Notes under the pieces: model-generated
What the model saw: only the letters and a program-made list of their open reading frames with translations
What the model was told of the DNA's origin: nothing
Databases searched by the model: none
IMG/VR virus record: IMGVR_UViG_3300027819_000039
Location: 1-34,344 of that record
Length of the DNA stretch: 34,344 nt
DNA from: a virus
Lineage: Duplodnaviria > Caudoviricetes
Direction: 5' to 3' (one strand)
Translations under genes and position numbers: made by a program
Shown: one piece after another, positions 26,046 through 34,327 of the stretch
Layout: each line of letters begins with the position of its first letter
Position numbering within the stretch: position 1 is the stretch's first letter

Positions 26046-26422
26046 CCCGCGATTACGCGACGCTCGATCGCGTCAACGACCAGGTCAACGCCGACGTCGC
26101 CTACACGCCCGACGACGAGCAATTTCACGTCGCCGACTATTGGGAGGACGTGCGTGCGAGCGGCCGCGGCGATTGCGACGACTACGCCGTCACGAAGCTG
26201 CGCCGCCTGCTCGAGCTCGGCTGGCCGAAGGACGATCTGCGCCTGGCCATCGTTGGCGTCGACGTGCCGGGCGATCATGCGGTGCTCTGCGCCCGCACCG
26301 AAGACAGCCGCTGGTGGGTGCTCGACAACCGCTACCCGCACCCGAGCCGGCCGGCGCTGCTGCCCTATAGCTGGGTGAGTTGGGGGCTGGGGCGGGAGTG
26401 GTGCGCGGTGACCTGGGCATGA
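26042..26422 (+). CDS. Transglutaminase-like cysteine peptidase (BTLCP/C93, LapG-like), catalytic domain
   Basis: DYW, GDCDDYAVTK, HAVL and VLDNR give a Cys-His-Asp triad; ATGA overlap. Confidence 0.88.
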   Translation: MTRDYATLDRVNDQVNADVAYTPDDEQFHVADYWEDVRASGRGDCDDYAVTKLRRLLELGWPKDDLRLAIVGVDVPGDHAVLCARTEDSRWWVLDNRYPHPSRPALLPYSWVSWGLGREWCAVTWA

Positions 26423-26901
26423 GCACATTCGATGTTGTATTCGACCGCCTGATCGGCAACGAGGGCGGCTATGTCAACGATCCGAAAGACCCAGGTGGCG
26501 AAACCAACTGGGGCATCAGCAAGCGGTCCTATCCGGACCTCGACATCAAGGCGCTCACGCGTGACCAAGCCAAGGCGATCTATCTGCGGGACTTCTGGCA
26601 GCGTGGACACATGGATGAGTACGACCCTGCGATCGCATTCCAGATATTCGACTTCGCGGTCAATTCAGGCATCGATACTGCGCTTCGCAAGCTCCAAGCT
26701 GCGGTCCGCGTCGCCGACGACGGGCATATTGGCCCGGTAACGGTCGCGGCGATCAAGGCGATGAGCGTGACCGACCTAATCATGCGGTTCGCCGCGCAGC
26801 GCCTGCGCTTCATGACGAAGCTGAGGAACTGGCCACAGGCTGGAGCTGGATGGGTGAACCGTATTGCAAACGATCTTGACTATGGTGCGGAGGATTCGTG
26901 A
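26419..26901 (+). CDS. Endolysin, glycoside hydrolase family 108 with PG-binding domain
   Basis: Motifs EGGYVNDPKDPGGETNWGIS, FDFAVNSG, DGHIGPVT and GWVNR. Confidence 0.95.
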   Translation: MSTFDVVFDRLIGNEGGYVNDPKDPGGETNWGISKRSYPDLDIKALTRDQAKAIYLRDFWQRGHMDEYDPAIAFQIFDFAVNSGIDTALRKLQAAVRVADDGHIGPVTVAAIKAMSVTDLIMRFAAQRLRFMTKLRNWPQAGAGWVNRIANDLDYGAEDS

Positions 26902-27290
26902 TGGAAGAACGGCGCGTTACGGATAATGCCAAGGTGGACGGAGCCTACGGCCTGGCCATCCTCTACACGATCGGCTACCTCGCCCTGATGGGTTCCCTCC
27001 TGTTGCACGAGATTCCCGCCAGCAATAAGGAATTGCTGCTGACCCTGGCGGGCATCATGTCCGCTGCGCAACTTGGGATCATCAAGTACTACTACGACGG
27101 GTCCAAGGGCGCCGACAAGGTCCAGGCCGCGAATATCGCCCGCTCGGTCAAGAGCGAGGCAGTGGTGCAAGAGATCGCCAAGGCTGCACCCGTCACGGCT
27201 GCGGCGGTAGTTGCGGCCGCAGCCGGGGCACCGACGCCAGCGACGGCAGCCGATCCAGCAGTCCCACCCACCCAAGAGGCTCCCAAATGA
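26898..27290 (+). CDS. Putative holin (two TM segments)
   Basis: Two TMs, IPASNKELL loop and YYYDGS; adjacent to the endolysin. Confidence 0.65.
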   Translation: MMEERRVTDNAKVDGAYGLAILYTIGYLALMGSLLLHEIPASNKELLLTLAGIMSAAQLGIIKYYYDGSKGADKVQAANIARSVKSEAVVQEIAKAAPVTAAAVVAAAAGAPTPATAADPAVPPTQEAPK

Positions 27291-27748
27291 AACTGTTCGC
27301 AGTAGCGCTCGCCCTGCTCATGCTCTCAGCGTGCGCATCCACGCCGGAAAAGATCGTCAGCACTCCCGTCGGAGGCACGCTTCCCATTCCGATCAGCAAT
27401 CCGACCATCGTCACCGATCTGCAGTCAGCCACCTACAACCTGGACCAGGCGGTTGCAATCGGCGCACTCCCGGCGGACGATCCGGCGCCGAAGTGCCTGC
27501 ACGGCTTCCTGGTCAAAGCCGGGATCGAACTTCCAGCCGGGCAGGCGGCGCCAAAGTCCTTCGCGCCGAAGAATGACGGCTTGGTAAGTCTCGGTGCAAT
27601 CGCCTACATACAAGTCCAGCAGGCGCGCGTGATGAGCGGACAGGGCGTCACCGTGTCCATGGACTGCAAGGCGCTGCTCGGCCAGTTCGTTCTCGACGGC
27701 GCCGCGGGGGTGGCGAAGTTGATCCCGGTGCGGGGCCTGCTGCGGTGA
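27287..27748 (+). CDS. Lipoprotein (possible spanin function)
   Basis: Signal and lipobox LSAC; located in the lysis module. Confidence 0.7.
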   Translation: MKLFAVALALLMLSACASTPEKIVSTPVGGTLPIPISNPTIVTDLQSATYNLDQAVAIGALPADDPAPKCLHGFLVKAGIELPAGQAAPKSFAPKNDGLVSLGAIAYIQVQQARVMSGQGVTVSMDCKALLGQFVLDGAAGVAKLIPVRGLLR

Positions 27749-28161
27749 CCGCAATCTTCTACCGCGACGGTTACAAGTACCAGCTCGCGGAGGATTACGC
27801 CGTCCAGATCGACATCAAGCCAGCCGAGGCGATCGACACGGAATACGTCAGGCTCGGCGCGGATGGCGTGCTGAGCATCAGGAAGGGCTACGCCTGGGAC
27901 GGTCCGAGTGGGCCGACGGTCGACACCTCGGATTTCATGCGCGGCAGTCTGGTGCACGATGCCCTCTATCAACTCATGCGCGGGGGCTACCTGGACCGCG
28001 CCGTCTATCGTGAACGCGCCGACAACCTCCTGCGCTCAATCTGTCTGGAGGATGGCATGCCGCACTTCCGTGCCGAAGGCGTCTATCTGGCGGTGCAGAA
28101 ATGGGGCGATCCATCGTCCGACCCGGCGAACGAACGCAAGGTCCAGTACGCGCCGAGGTAG
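27745..28161 (+). CDS. DUF1353-like protein
   Basis: Motifs KGYAWDGPS, SLVHDALYQ, AD and YLAVQKWG. Confidence 0.8.
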   Translation: MTAIFYRDGYKYQLAEDYAVQIDIKPAEAIDTEYVRLGADGVLSIRKGYAWDGPSGPTVDTSDFMRGSLVHDALYQLMRGGYLDRAVYRERADNLLRSICLEDGMPHFRAEGVYLAVQKWGDPSSDPANERKVQYAPR

Positions 28162-28357
28162 TCTGCTGATTCACCCCGCCCGGCTTCGATCCCTGCCGCA
28201 CGCCGGCCTGTCGACCTTCCCCGCGGCCGAGTGCATCAGCCGGGAGGTAGGCTCCCCGTAGGGCGATCTGACGCGCCGGATGGGCATTCCTGCCGCTGAA
28301 TTTTCCCCACCGTTTCCAGTTCGGTGCGTTTTTCGCACATTTCCTCCCCCGCATCGG

Positions 28358-28566
28358 GCTGTCCAAAACGTCATCGATCAAGGCAGTCCCTCCAGCGAAA
28401 TTCTCGCCAGTTCTCAACGCATCATTTTGGACAGCACGCCAGCGCAAGGATATGCGCTTCAATGAGTTAATCCGCCTGTTTGCGGGTACTGCTGCATCAT
28501 TGCAGTATGTCCTACTGCGTTGAATCTATTTTCGTTTTTGTCCAACGTCCAAAACCTGTCCAAAAC
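28358..28566. other. attP: core with mutS-like sequence plus integrase arm-type repeats
   Basis: Core TACTGC-t-GCATCAT-t-GCAGTA at 28487-28507. GTCCAA(AA) repeats at 28361, 28425-28432 (inverted), 28540, 28547 and 28558. Directly downstream of int. Confidence 0.75.
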
Positions 28567-29530
28567 TCGGGCCCTCGACCTGGGGAACCTGCTTGCCGCG
28601 CAGGTAACGCCGGGTCATCCCAGGCGAGGTGTGCCCAAGCAGTGCCGTCGGGTCTTTCCCTTGCGCCTCAGCAGCCGTCCCAGACATGGCTCGAAGATCC
28701 CGGAGGTCTGCGTTCTCCACCCCTGCCAGCGCGCAGGCGGCCCGCCATTGATCCCTCACCGTCCCATAGCTGGGAGCGCCGCCGCGATTCTTGCCGCGCT
28801 TCGTGCTGAACAGGGTCATCGATCGCACATTCCCATTCAGCGCCTTCGCGCGATCGACCGCAGCGCGTAGTTCCGTCGACCACTTCACCACCAGCCTGGC
28901 GTCGGTCTTGTCCTGCTTGAAATAAACCCCGTCCTCCAGGATGTCGGCACGGTGAATCTTCACGACATCCATGACCCTTTGCCCGGTCAAATACCACAGG
29001 TCCATCATGCATTGCAGGCGCGGGCTGGCGTGGGCGTAGATCGCGTCGAACTCTGCGCGGCCAATCAGGCGTTCGCGCTTTTTCTCTGGCAGGCGCTTGA
29101 TGCCGATGGCCGGATTGCTCTCGACAAGTTGTTCCTCGAGCGCGTAGTCGAACACTTGGCGCAAAAGCGACAGGCATCGATTCGTCATGTTGGGTATTGC
29201 CGAGAATGCGCGCCTGAATTGAGCTACGTCGCGTGGCTTCACTTGGTCGGGCGTGAAATTCTGGAATACGTGCTTCAGCTTGCGGGCCGCAGTCTCGTAT
29301 TGTTCTGCGGTGGTGAGCTCGATCTTTCGCTTTATGTTACAGAGCGCCGCGTCGATCAGGGCATCCATGCCGCCCTTGGGCCGCTCGAATCTCCGCGCGT
29401 ACTCAGCGAGGGCCGATTGTAGATCGGCGCCGAGGCGCTCCCACTTTCCGCCTTTCACGAGCCAGTAGGCCCCGTGGCGGGGATAGACACAGGGAGGGAG
29501 ATGCCGGTTCGCTTTCCGTGGTCTTGGCAT
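28526..29530 (-). CDS. int: Tyrosine recombinase / phage integrase
   Basis: LTGQRVMDV (catalytic R), QDKT (K), RDLRA (variant of HxxR) and LLGHTSPGMTRRY (H, Y). Confidence 0.95.
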   Translation of the reverse strand: MPRPRKANRHLPPCVYPRHGAYWLVKGGKWERLGADLQSALAEYARRFERPKGGMDALIDAALCNIKRKIELTTAEQYETAARKLKHVFQNFTPDQVKPRDVAQFRRAFSAIPNMTNRCLSLLRQVFDYALEEQLVESNPAIGIKRLPEKKRERLIGRAEFDAIYAHASPRLQCMMDLWYLTGQRVMDVVKIHRADILEDGVYFKQDKTDARLVVKWSTELRAAVDRAKALNGNVRSMTLFSTKRGKNRGGAPSYGTVRDQWRAACALAGVENADLRDLRAMSGTAAEAQGKDPTALLGHTSPGMTRRYLRGKQVPQVEGPSFGQVLDVGQKRK

Positions 29531-29675
29531 GGATATGATCCCTCAGGACGGCAAGGCTACCATCAGGCCGGGTCCAGTGCGCGATACCCATAGCGGACAG
29601 CGCAGCGGCCTGGGCCTTGTGGCGCTTCAGTCCGGTAAGTTGCTCAAGCTCGATTGGCGTCAGGCACAGGCTCAT
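29403..29675 (-). CDS. DUF4224 excisionase-like protein
   Basis: LTPIELEQLTGLKRHKAQ...MGI...RPDGSLAV; overlaps the int start. Confidence 0.8.
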   Translation of the reverse strand: MSLCLTPIELEQLTGLKRHKAQAAALSAMGIAHWTRPDGSLAVLRDHIHAKTTESEPASPSLCLSPPRGLLARERRKVGAPRRRSTIGPR

Positions 29676-30139
29676 GGTGCCCCAACGAACCGTTCCAGCG
29701 CTTCCTTGCGCATCCTCCCGAACTCGTCGACCCGGATCAACGTCAGTATCCATCCGATCATGGCGAGGTCGAGCGCGAAGCTCCCGAACCTGTATAGTTT
29801 ATCTGCGGTGAGCCTGCTTGTGATCTCGACCTCGAAAAGCGTCATTCTCCGTCGCCAGAGGTCGATCGAATAGGCATCCGGGATCAAAAGCATGATCTTT
29901 CTAAAACCGCTGTAGCGAATCCCTCCATCGTCAAAGAATTCGTCTTGCAAGTCATCTCGTAAAAGAAGCCACGCTGTTTTGTGGAAATTCTTTGAGACCG
30001 CCCCATGGTTTCCAGAAACGATCATCTCGATGATCTCGGAATGCGACCTCGAGACGAGCGGCATACCGCGGCGCCGCGGACGCTTGCCGTTCAGCGTCAT
30101 CTGCTCGGCAGCCTCGGCAATGGTGAGGAGCTGGGTCAT
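29672..30139 (-). CDS. Hypothetical protein, possible PD-(D/E)XK nuclease with Xis-like N-terminal stub
   Basis: Begins LLTIAEAAEQM; contains IPDAY...FEVEITS. Confidence 0.55.
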   Translation of the reverse strand: MTQLLTIAEAAEQMTLNGKRPRRRGMPLVSRSHSEIIEMIVSGNHGAVSKNFHKTAWLLLRDDLQDEFFDDGGIRYSGFRKIMLLIPDAYSIDLWRRRMTLFEVEITSRLTADKLYRFGSFALDLAMIGWILTLIRVDEFGRMRKEALERFVGAP

Positions 30140-30259
30140 CAATCCGCATCCCTCGCCCGCGCCCGCAATTCGCGCACGAGCAACATGCGCCGCACGCAGT
30201 AGGACCGCGCGATGCTCATGCCTTCATCCTCGGAAACGGCCAGCAGTCGCCCGCATGAA

Positions 30260-30499
30260 TCACCGTCCGGCTCGCCTTCTTCGCGGACTCCACGCCCACT
30301 CGAACACCCTGCCCGGGATCGGCTCGTTCTTCGGCAGCACGAGACACTCCAGCGCCCGCAGTTCGCCCGTTCGCTTCCTCGCCACGCGCAGGATCAGGTA
30401 GCGCCTGCCGGTCGAGGTTTCGAGCCCGTCGCCTGACTGCGGCTCGGGGCCGGTCCAGAAGTTGACGGTGAGGACGGTGCGGGACCATGGGGGTTTCAA
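30260..30499 (-). CDS. Hypothetical protein
   Basis: Overlaps the upstream stop by 4 bp; plausible composition. Confidence 0.55.
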   Translation of the reverse strand: MKPPWSRTVLTVNFWTGPEPQSGDGLETSTGRRYLILRVARKRTGELRALECLVLPKNEPIPGRVFEWAWSPRRRRAGR

Positions 30500-30990
30500 C
30501 CCGGCTCGCCCATCGAATGCACGACATTGCGCAACTCGTCATTGGCATGCAGTTCTGAGAATGACTTCCATCCCTTCTCGGTGAAGTCGGTCGAATAGAC
30601 CTCACCGCGCGGCTTGATCGGCTGCCAGTGTTCATCGCAGAAAAGGCGATAGTGATGCACGTCCGAACGCCTGCCTTCAGGCGAATAGGGCGGCTCGATC
30701 CACAATAGGCGCCGGTCGTCGCAGAACTTCGCTCCTTTGTTCAGTTCGGAAAGTCTCACCTTCACCGCCTCCATGAACCGCTGATCCTCGCGTATCCACA
30801 GGTCCAGGCTGTCGCCGTAGAGGGCGAGCGTCTCCACGCTCTTGTGCTTGGCGAGGCCGTCGATGGCGTCCTGCAATGCCGCCGCCCTATCCGCAGCGAG
30901 CGAATCCGCAGCACCAGCCTCGGCTCCGGTCGGAGCGCCGGGGGAGAGAGGGTTTCCGGCTTGGGCGGGCTGGGCTGCGGAATCGGTCAT
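30496..30990 (-). CDS. Hypothetical protein
   Basis: ATGA overlap with the YqaJ stop. Confidence 0.65.
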   Translation of the reverse strand: MTDSAAQPAQAGNPLSPGAPTGAEAGAADSLAADRAAALQDAIDGLAKHKSVETLALYGDSLDLWIREDQRFMEAVKVRLSELNKGAKFCDDRRLLWIEPPYSPEGRRSDVHHYRLFCDEHWQPIKPRGEVYSTDFTEKGWKSFSELHANDELRNVVHSMGEPG

Positions 30991-32606
30991 GCCGATACCC
31001 GTTGAAATGCGCTTTCCAGCCATCCCGTCGCCGTCGCCTCATCCACGTTGAAGGACACGGCAACGACTTGGATGATCTGCGCGCGGGTCGGTGGACGGCG
31101 GGGGGCCGCAGCAGGCGCAGCCGTATTGCCTGAATCCATTTCGTTAAGGCTCGCTGCCATGAAGGAAGGACTTACGCGATTGGTGCTATCCGAACGTGTC
31201 GGGCCGGAACTACTCTGGTACGGGGCAACAGGGGGCTGCGCCGCTGCGGTTTCCTTGGCTTCGCGCTCCAATCGCGCGGCTTCCTCGGCCCTGATCTTCT
31301 CGCGCTCTTGTTCCAGGCGCTTCGCCTCGGCTTCTTTGTGCTCGGCGATGCGGACCTTGACGAGCGCGGCGAGGTCATCCGGTTCCTTGAGGACGATCTG
31401 CGCGGTGTCAGCGAAGAGGAAGACGTGCTCGCTTGCGAGTTCTCGGAGCGTATTCAAGTTCAGGCCGATGCGATCTGCTACCGAATTCGCCTCGATCTTC
31501 GCCCGCGCCAACTCGGTAGCGACGGCATCCTTCAGGCTGGCAACAGTTTTCTTGCCCTTGATGACGCCAGCGAAATCGGCCGGGACGACCGGCATGTAGG
31601 GCTTGCCCAGGCGCTTGTTGAGGCCCGCGACGTGCTCGGCAAAGGCAGTCTTGCCGCCCTGCACGATCTCGATCCGAATCGTTTCCTTGCGCGCCTTGAC
31701 CAGTTTTTCCAGCATGAGCCGCGTAGTGCGTGCCTGATCGGCGTACAGGGCCACGGTACGGCGCATCTCGTCGATACTGGCAGTCTGAGCCAGAGCGCTG
31801 GCTTCGGCCGCTTCCAGGGCATTCTGGGCCGTCTGCAAGGTCTTCACCGCGGCTTCACAGTCGGCGAATGCCTGATCCGTGCTCGGGTTCTTGTCGATGC
31901 CCTCGATGAAGGCGCCCAGCCGTTCGCCGAATATCTTCAGGTTGTCGATCAGGGTGATGGACCCCTTGACCTGAATCGACAGGGCCGGGAGTTGCATGGT
32001 GGGCGTTGCAGCGGCGGGCGGCAGGACTTCGACGTGCTGGTAGGCGGCCAGATCGGCCTCAAATTGTTTCCAGCCCGCCAGCAATTGTTGAGCACGGCCA
32101 GCGACGGCCCGATATTCCATACTGACGCAGCGTTCCGGCGTGCCATCGGAAACCGTGAAGATCACGCGCTTTAAGCCGCCGACCGCGATTTGCTGCTCGA
32201 GCTGCCAGTAGTACATGGGATCGAGTTCCTTGGCGCGTACCTGGGCGGCAAGGTCTTCGTTCCAGAGCTTGTGCTCCCATCCGGTTGTGCGGGCGTCATT
32301 GATCCCATCGAACGATGCCAGCAGGTAGCCGTTATCGTCGGTGGCAACCAGCGGGAATAGTGGAGCACCGAGCCGTACTTCCACCAGCAGGCGAGCGGCT
32401 GCTTCGGCTTTGTGGCCGGCGTCGAACAACGCCTGTTTGTCGGCGTCCACGTCCTCGGCAATGCCGGTAGCCTTCAGCCGTAACAGATCATTGCGCGTCT
32501 GATACTTGCTCACGCCCATCATGGCCGGGGCTTCGCTCGCACAGAAATACTTGGCGCGGGCGGCAAGCCATTCCGGCGTGCCTTGCGTGATGGCGAGGAT
32601 TTTCAT
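30987..32606 (-). CDS. YqaJ-like viral recombination exonuclease with long coiled-coil extension
   Basis: Motifs QGTPEWLAAR, ASEAPAMMG, GHKAE, LASFDG, WEHK and YYWQLEQQ. Confidence 0.92.
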   Translation of the reverse strand: MKILAITQGTPEWLAARAKYFCASEAPAMMGVSKYQTRNDLLRLKATGIAEDVDADKQALFDAGHKAEAAARLLVEVRLGAPLFPLVATDDNGYLLASFDGINDARTTGWEHKLWNEDLAAQVRAKELDPMYYWQLEQQIAVGGLKRVIFTVSDGTPERCVSMEYRAVAGRAQQLLAGWKQFEADLAAYQHVEVLPPAAATPTMQLPALSIQVKGSITLIDNLKIFGERLGAFIEGIDKNPSTDQAFADCEAAVKTLQTAQNALEAAEASALAQTASIDEMRRTVALYADQARTTRLMLEKLVKARKETIRIEIVQGGKTAFAEHVAGLNKRLGKPYMPVVPADFAGVIKGKKTVASLKDAVATELARAKIEANSVADRIGLNLNTLRELASEHVFLFADTAQIVLKEPDDLAALVKVRIAEHKEAEAKRLEQEREKIRAEEAARLEREAKETAAAQPPVAPYQSSSGPTRSDSTNRVSPSFMAASLNEMDSGNTAAPAAAPRRPPTRAQIIQVVAVSFNVDEATATGWLESAFQRVSA

Positions 32607-33049
32607 CCGCGCATCCCCGGCTCATCGTCTTCCCACGGCACGTCATCCGACATTTGCTGAAATCCGCCCGGCATGTTGGGGCCGCCCTTGCCGGGGACTT
32701 GGCGTGGCGCCGCTTTCACGGGGGGCTTTTCCTGTCCCCGGAAGCGCAGACCGCCGACGACTTCGCCCTTGAACGACACGTTGGGATCGGTGAACAGGAT
32801 GATTTCCTTACCCCGCCAGTCATCGGTATTGTCCGAATTCAGGACTTTGGCGGCGACGTGCAAGTTAGTACTGTTCAGGACCATCGTCTTCTCGAATTCC
32901 TTGAAACCGATGATCCACTTGAATTCCGGCGTATCACCTTCTTTGGCGATGTTGACCTGCTTCACGCCCCGAATGGTCACAATTACCGGATCGGGAACGT
33001 CCGAGGTCTTGAGGTACTTCGATACGATCATGTCGCTGATTTTCGGCAT
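32603..33049 (-). CDS. Putative ssDNA-binding / recombination accessory protein
   Basis: GAGGAG RBS; SKYLK...VLNSTN...TDDWRGKEI; acidic tail DDVPWEDDE; adjacent to the exonuclease. Confidence 0.65.
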   Translation of the reverse strand: MPKISDMIVSKYLKTSDVPDPVIVTIRGVKQVNIAKEGDTPEFKWIIGFKEFEKTMVLNSTNLHVAAKVLNSDNTDDWRGKEIILFTDPNVSFKGEVVGGLRFRGQEKPPVKAAPRQVPGKGGPNMPGGFQQMSDDVPWEDDEPGMRG

Positions 33050-33155
33050 TGCATTGCTCCTCGTGGTTATCCATCCTATCCAGCCACGCCAGATATTCCG
33101 GGTCTTGCTGTTCAAGTTCCGCCAACTGGCGGTCGTCTGATTCCAGTTCAAACAT
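32934..33155 (-). CDS. Small acidic hypothetical protein
   Basis: Fills the gap; start overlaps the upstream stop. Its 3' part overlaps the next gene, so the call is uncertain. Confidence 0.4.
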   Translation of the reverse strand: MFELESDDRQLAELEQQDPEYLAWLDRMDNHEEQCNAENQRHDRIEVPQDLGRSRSGNCDHSGREAGQHRQRR

Positions 33156-33366
33156 TGTTGTGAAGCCGCCCCATCATCGCGGCATGCACATACCGAATCC
33201 GCTGCCCCACCGACCGCCTGGCATGCTCTGCCATCCGGTGAATTTCAGCCGTAGCCAGCGCGGCCGAGTTGTCGATGTCCGTGTTGCGCTTGTCCTGGGC
33301 CAGTGCCACGGCGATGTCCTCGCCTGGGGCTAGGGGGCGGCCGTGGATTAGCAGGGGAGCGTTCAT
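33148..33366 (-). CDS. Hypothetical protein
   Basis: ATGA overlap at 33363-33366. Confidence 0.6.
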   Translation of the reverse strand: MNAPLLIHGRPLAPGEDIAVALAQDKRNTDIDNSAALATAEIHRMAEHARRSVGQRIRYVHAAMMGRLHNNV

Positions 33367-33575
33367 GCCAAAAACAACTTGAAAGTCTGTGCGCATGCAA
33401 TGAGCAGCAGGAGCACGACCGCAACGGTCCACCAGCGCTCGGGCCTGCGATACCAGCGCGGCGCCCAATCGCGCTTGGACTCCTCGAGCACCCAATGGCG
33501 CAGCATCTGGCGCAGGGCGGGCCGGTCGAAGCAGGGGCCGGTGTACTTGCTGCCGATGATCGGGGGAGTGCTCAT
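33363..33575 (-). CDS. Small membrane protein
   Basis: C-terminal TM; ATGA overlaps. Confidence 0.65.
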   Translation of the reverse strand: MSTPPIIGSKYTGPCFDRPALRQMLRHWVLEESKRDWAPRWYRRPERWWTVAVVLLLLIACAQTFKLFLA

Positions 33576-33766
33576 GGCGCCTGTACGGGTATCGGTTCCG
33601 CGACTTCTTGCACCAGCGTAACGATGAACACTTCGTCATACCCGCTTTTGTCCGTCTTGACGTTCCTCACTTTCGGAGCGCCGTGCGGCATCTTTCGATC
33701 AAGCCATTCCTGCACGGCTTGGATCATGGTAGCTTCGTTGAGTCTCAATTCATTCATTCCGATCAT
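33572..33766 (-). CDS. Hypothetical protein
   Basis: ATGA overlaps at both ends. Confidence 0.65.
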   Translation of the reverse strand: MIGMNELRLNEATMIQAVQEWLDRKMPHGAPKVRNVKTDKSGYDEVFIVTLVQEVAEPIPVQAP

Positions 33767-33933
33767 GCCTCGCTCCTTTCCTTTGTCTCGTCCGCTTCTT
33801 GTTCGTAGTCATCTAGCCCGCAATCCCCGCCGCAGTCCGGGCACGGAAGCTCGTTCTGTCCGCAGGCGCAAAAATCGCCACCGCATTCGCACTCGACCGT
33901 GCCTAGATTGTTGCAAGTCGCGCAGTAGCTCAT
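33763..33933 (-). CDS. Cys-rich 56 aa protein (absent from the ORF track)
   Basis: Hand translation MSYCATCNNLGTVECECGGDFCACGQNELPCPDCGGDCGLDDYEQEADETKERSEA; ATGA overlaps at both ends. Confidence 0.7.
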   Translation of the reverse strand: MSYCATCNNLGTVECECGGDFCACGQNELPCPDCGGDCGLDDYEQEADETKERSEA

Positions 33934-34199
33934 GCCGTTACCTCCGATTCCGTCTCCACGCCCTCCGGTGCTGCGGGTGGGTCGATCTTTTTCAGCCAGG
34001 AAAGGGGAGCAGAATCGAAACGCCCATTGAATGCCAGCGCCTTCTCGCTTATCTCAGCGGCACCGCAAACGGGGCACCGCCACCATACCGTTCGTATCGA
34101 TTTAATAATCCCGATCTTTCCGTAACTAGTGTCAGTAGTGAACGCACAGCACGTCCGATAGACGCGTACCAAATCCCCCACCTTGATCTGCTCGCTCAT
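33930..34199 (-). CDS. Hypothetical protein (SH3/KOW-like start, CxxC)
   Basis: IKVGDLVRV, CPVCG and WLKKIDP; GGAGG RBS. Confidence 0.65.
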   Translation of the reverse strand: MSEQIKVGDLVRVYRTCCAFTTDTSYGKIGIIKSIRTVWWRCPVCGAAEISEKALAFNGRFDSAPLSWLKKIDPPAAPEGVETESEVTA

Positions 34200-34327
34200 C
34201 ACAGATACCTCCATGCAATCAGCGCCGCTATGACGCAGCACAGTCCAGCGAACAGATCGCCCCGGCGCTGGTCGGCGCGGCCTTGGCGGTAGGGAGCGCG
34301 ATTGTCGGGGGCGAGGTAGGGGGTCAT
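34199..34327 (-). CDS. Small membrane peptide (42 aa)
   Basis: Hand translation MTPYLAPDNR...LFAGLCCVIAALIAWRYL; TGATG overlap with the next gene. Confidence 0.5.
   Translation of the reverse strand: MTPYLAPDNRAPYRQGRADQRRGDLFAGLCCVIAALIAWRYL

Noticed and set aside
28162-28357. Possible tRNA, REP or small ORF between the lysis module and attP
   Set aside because: Only short GC hairpins; no cloverleaf, T-loop consensus or convincing coding signal.
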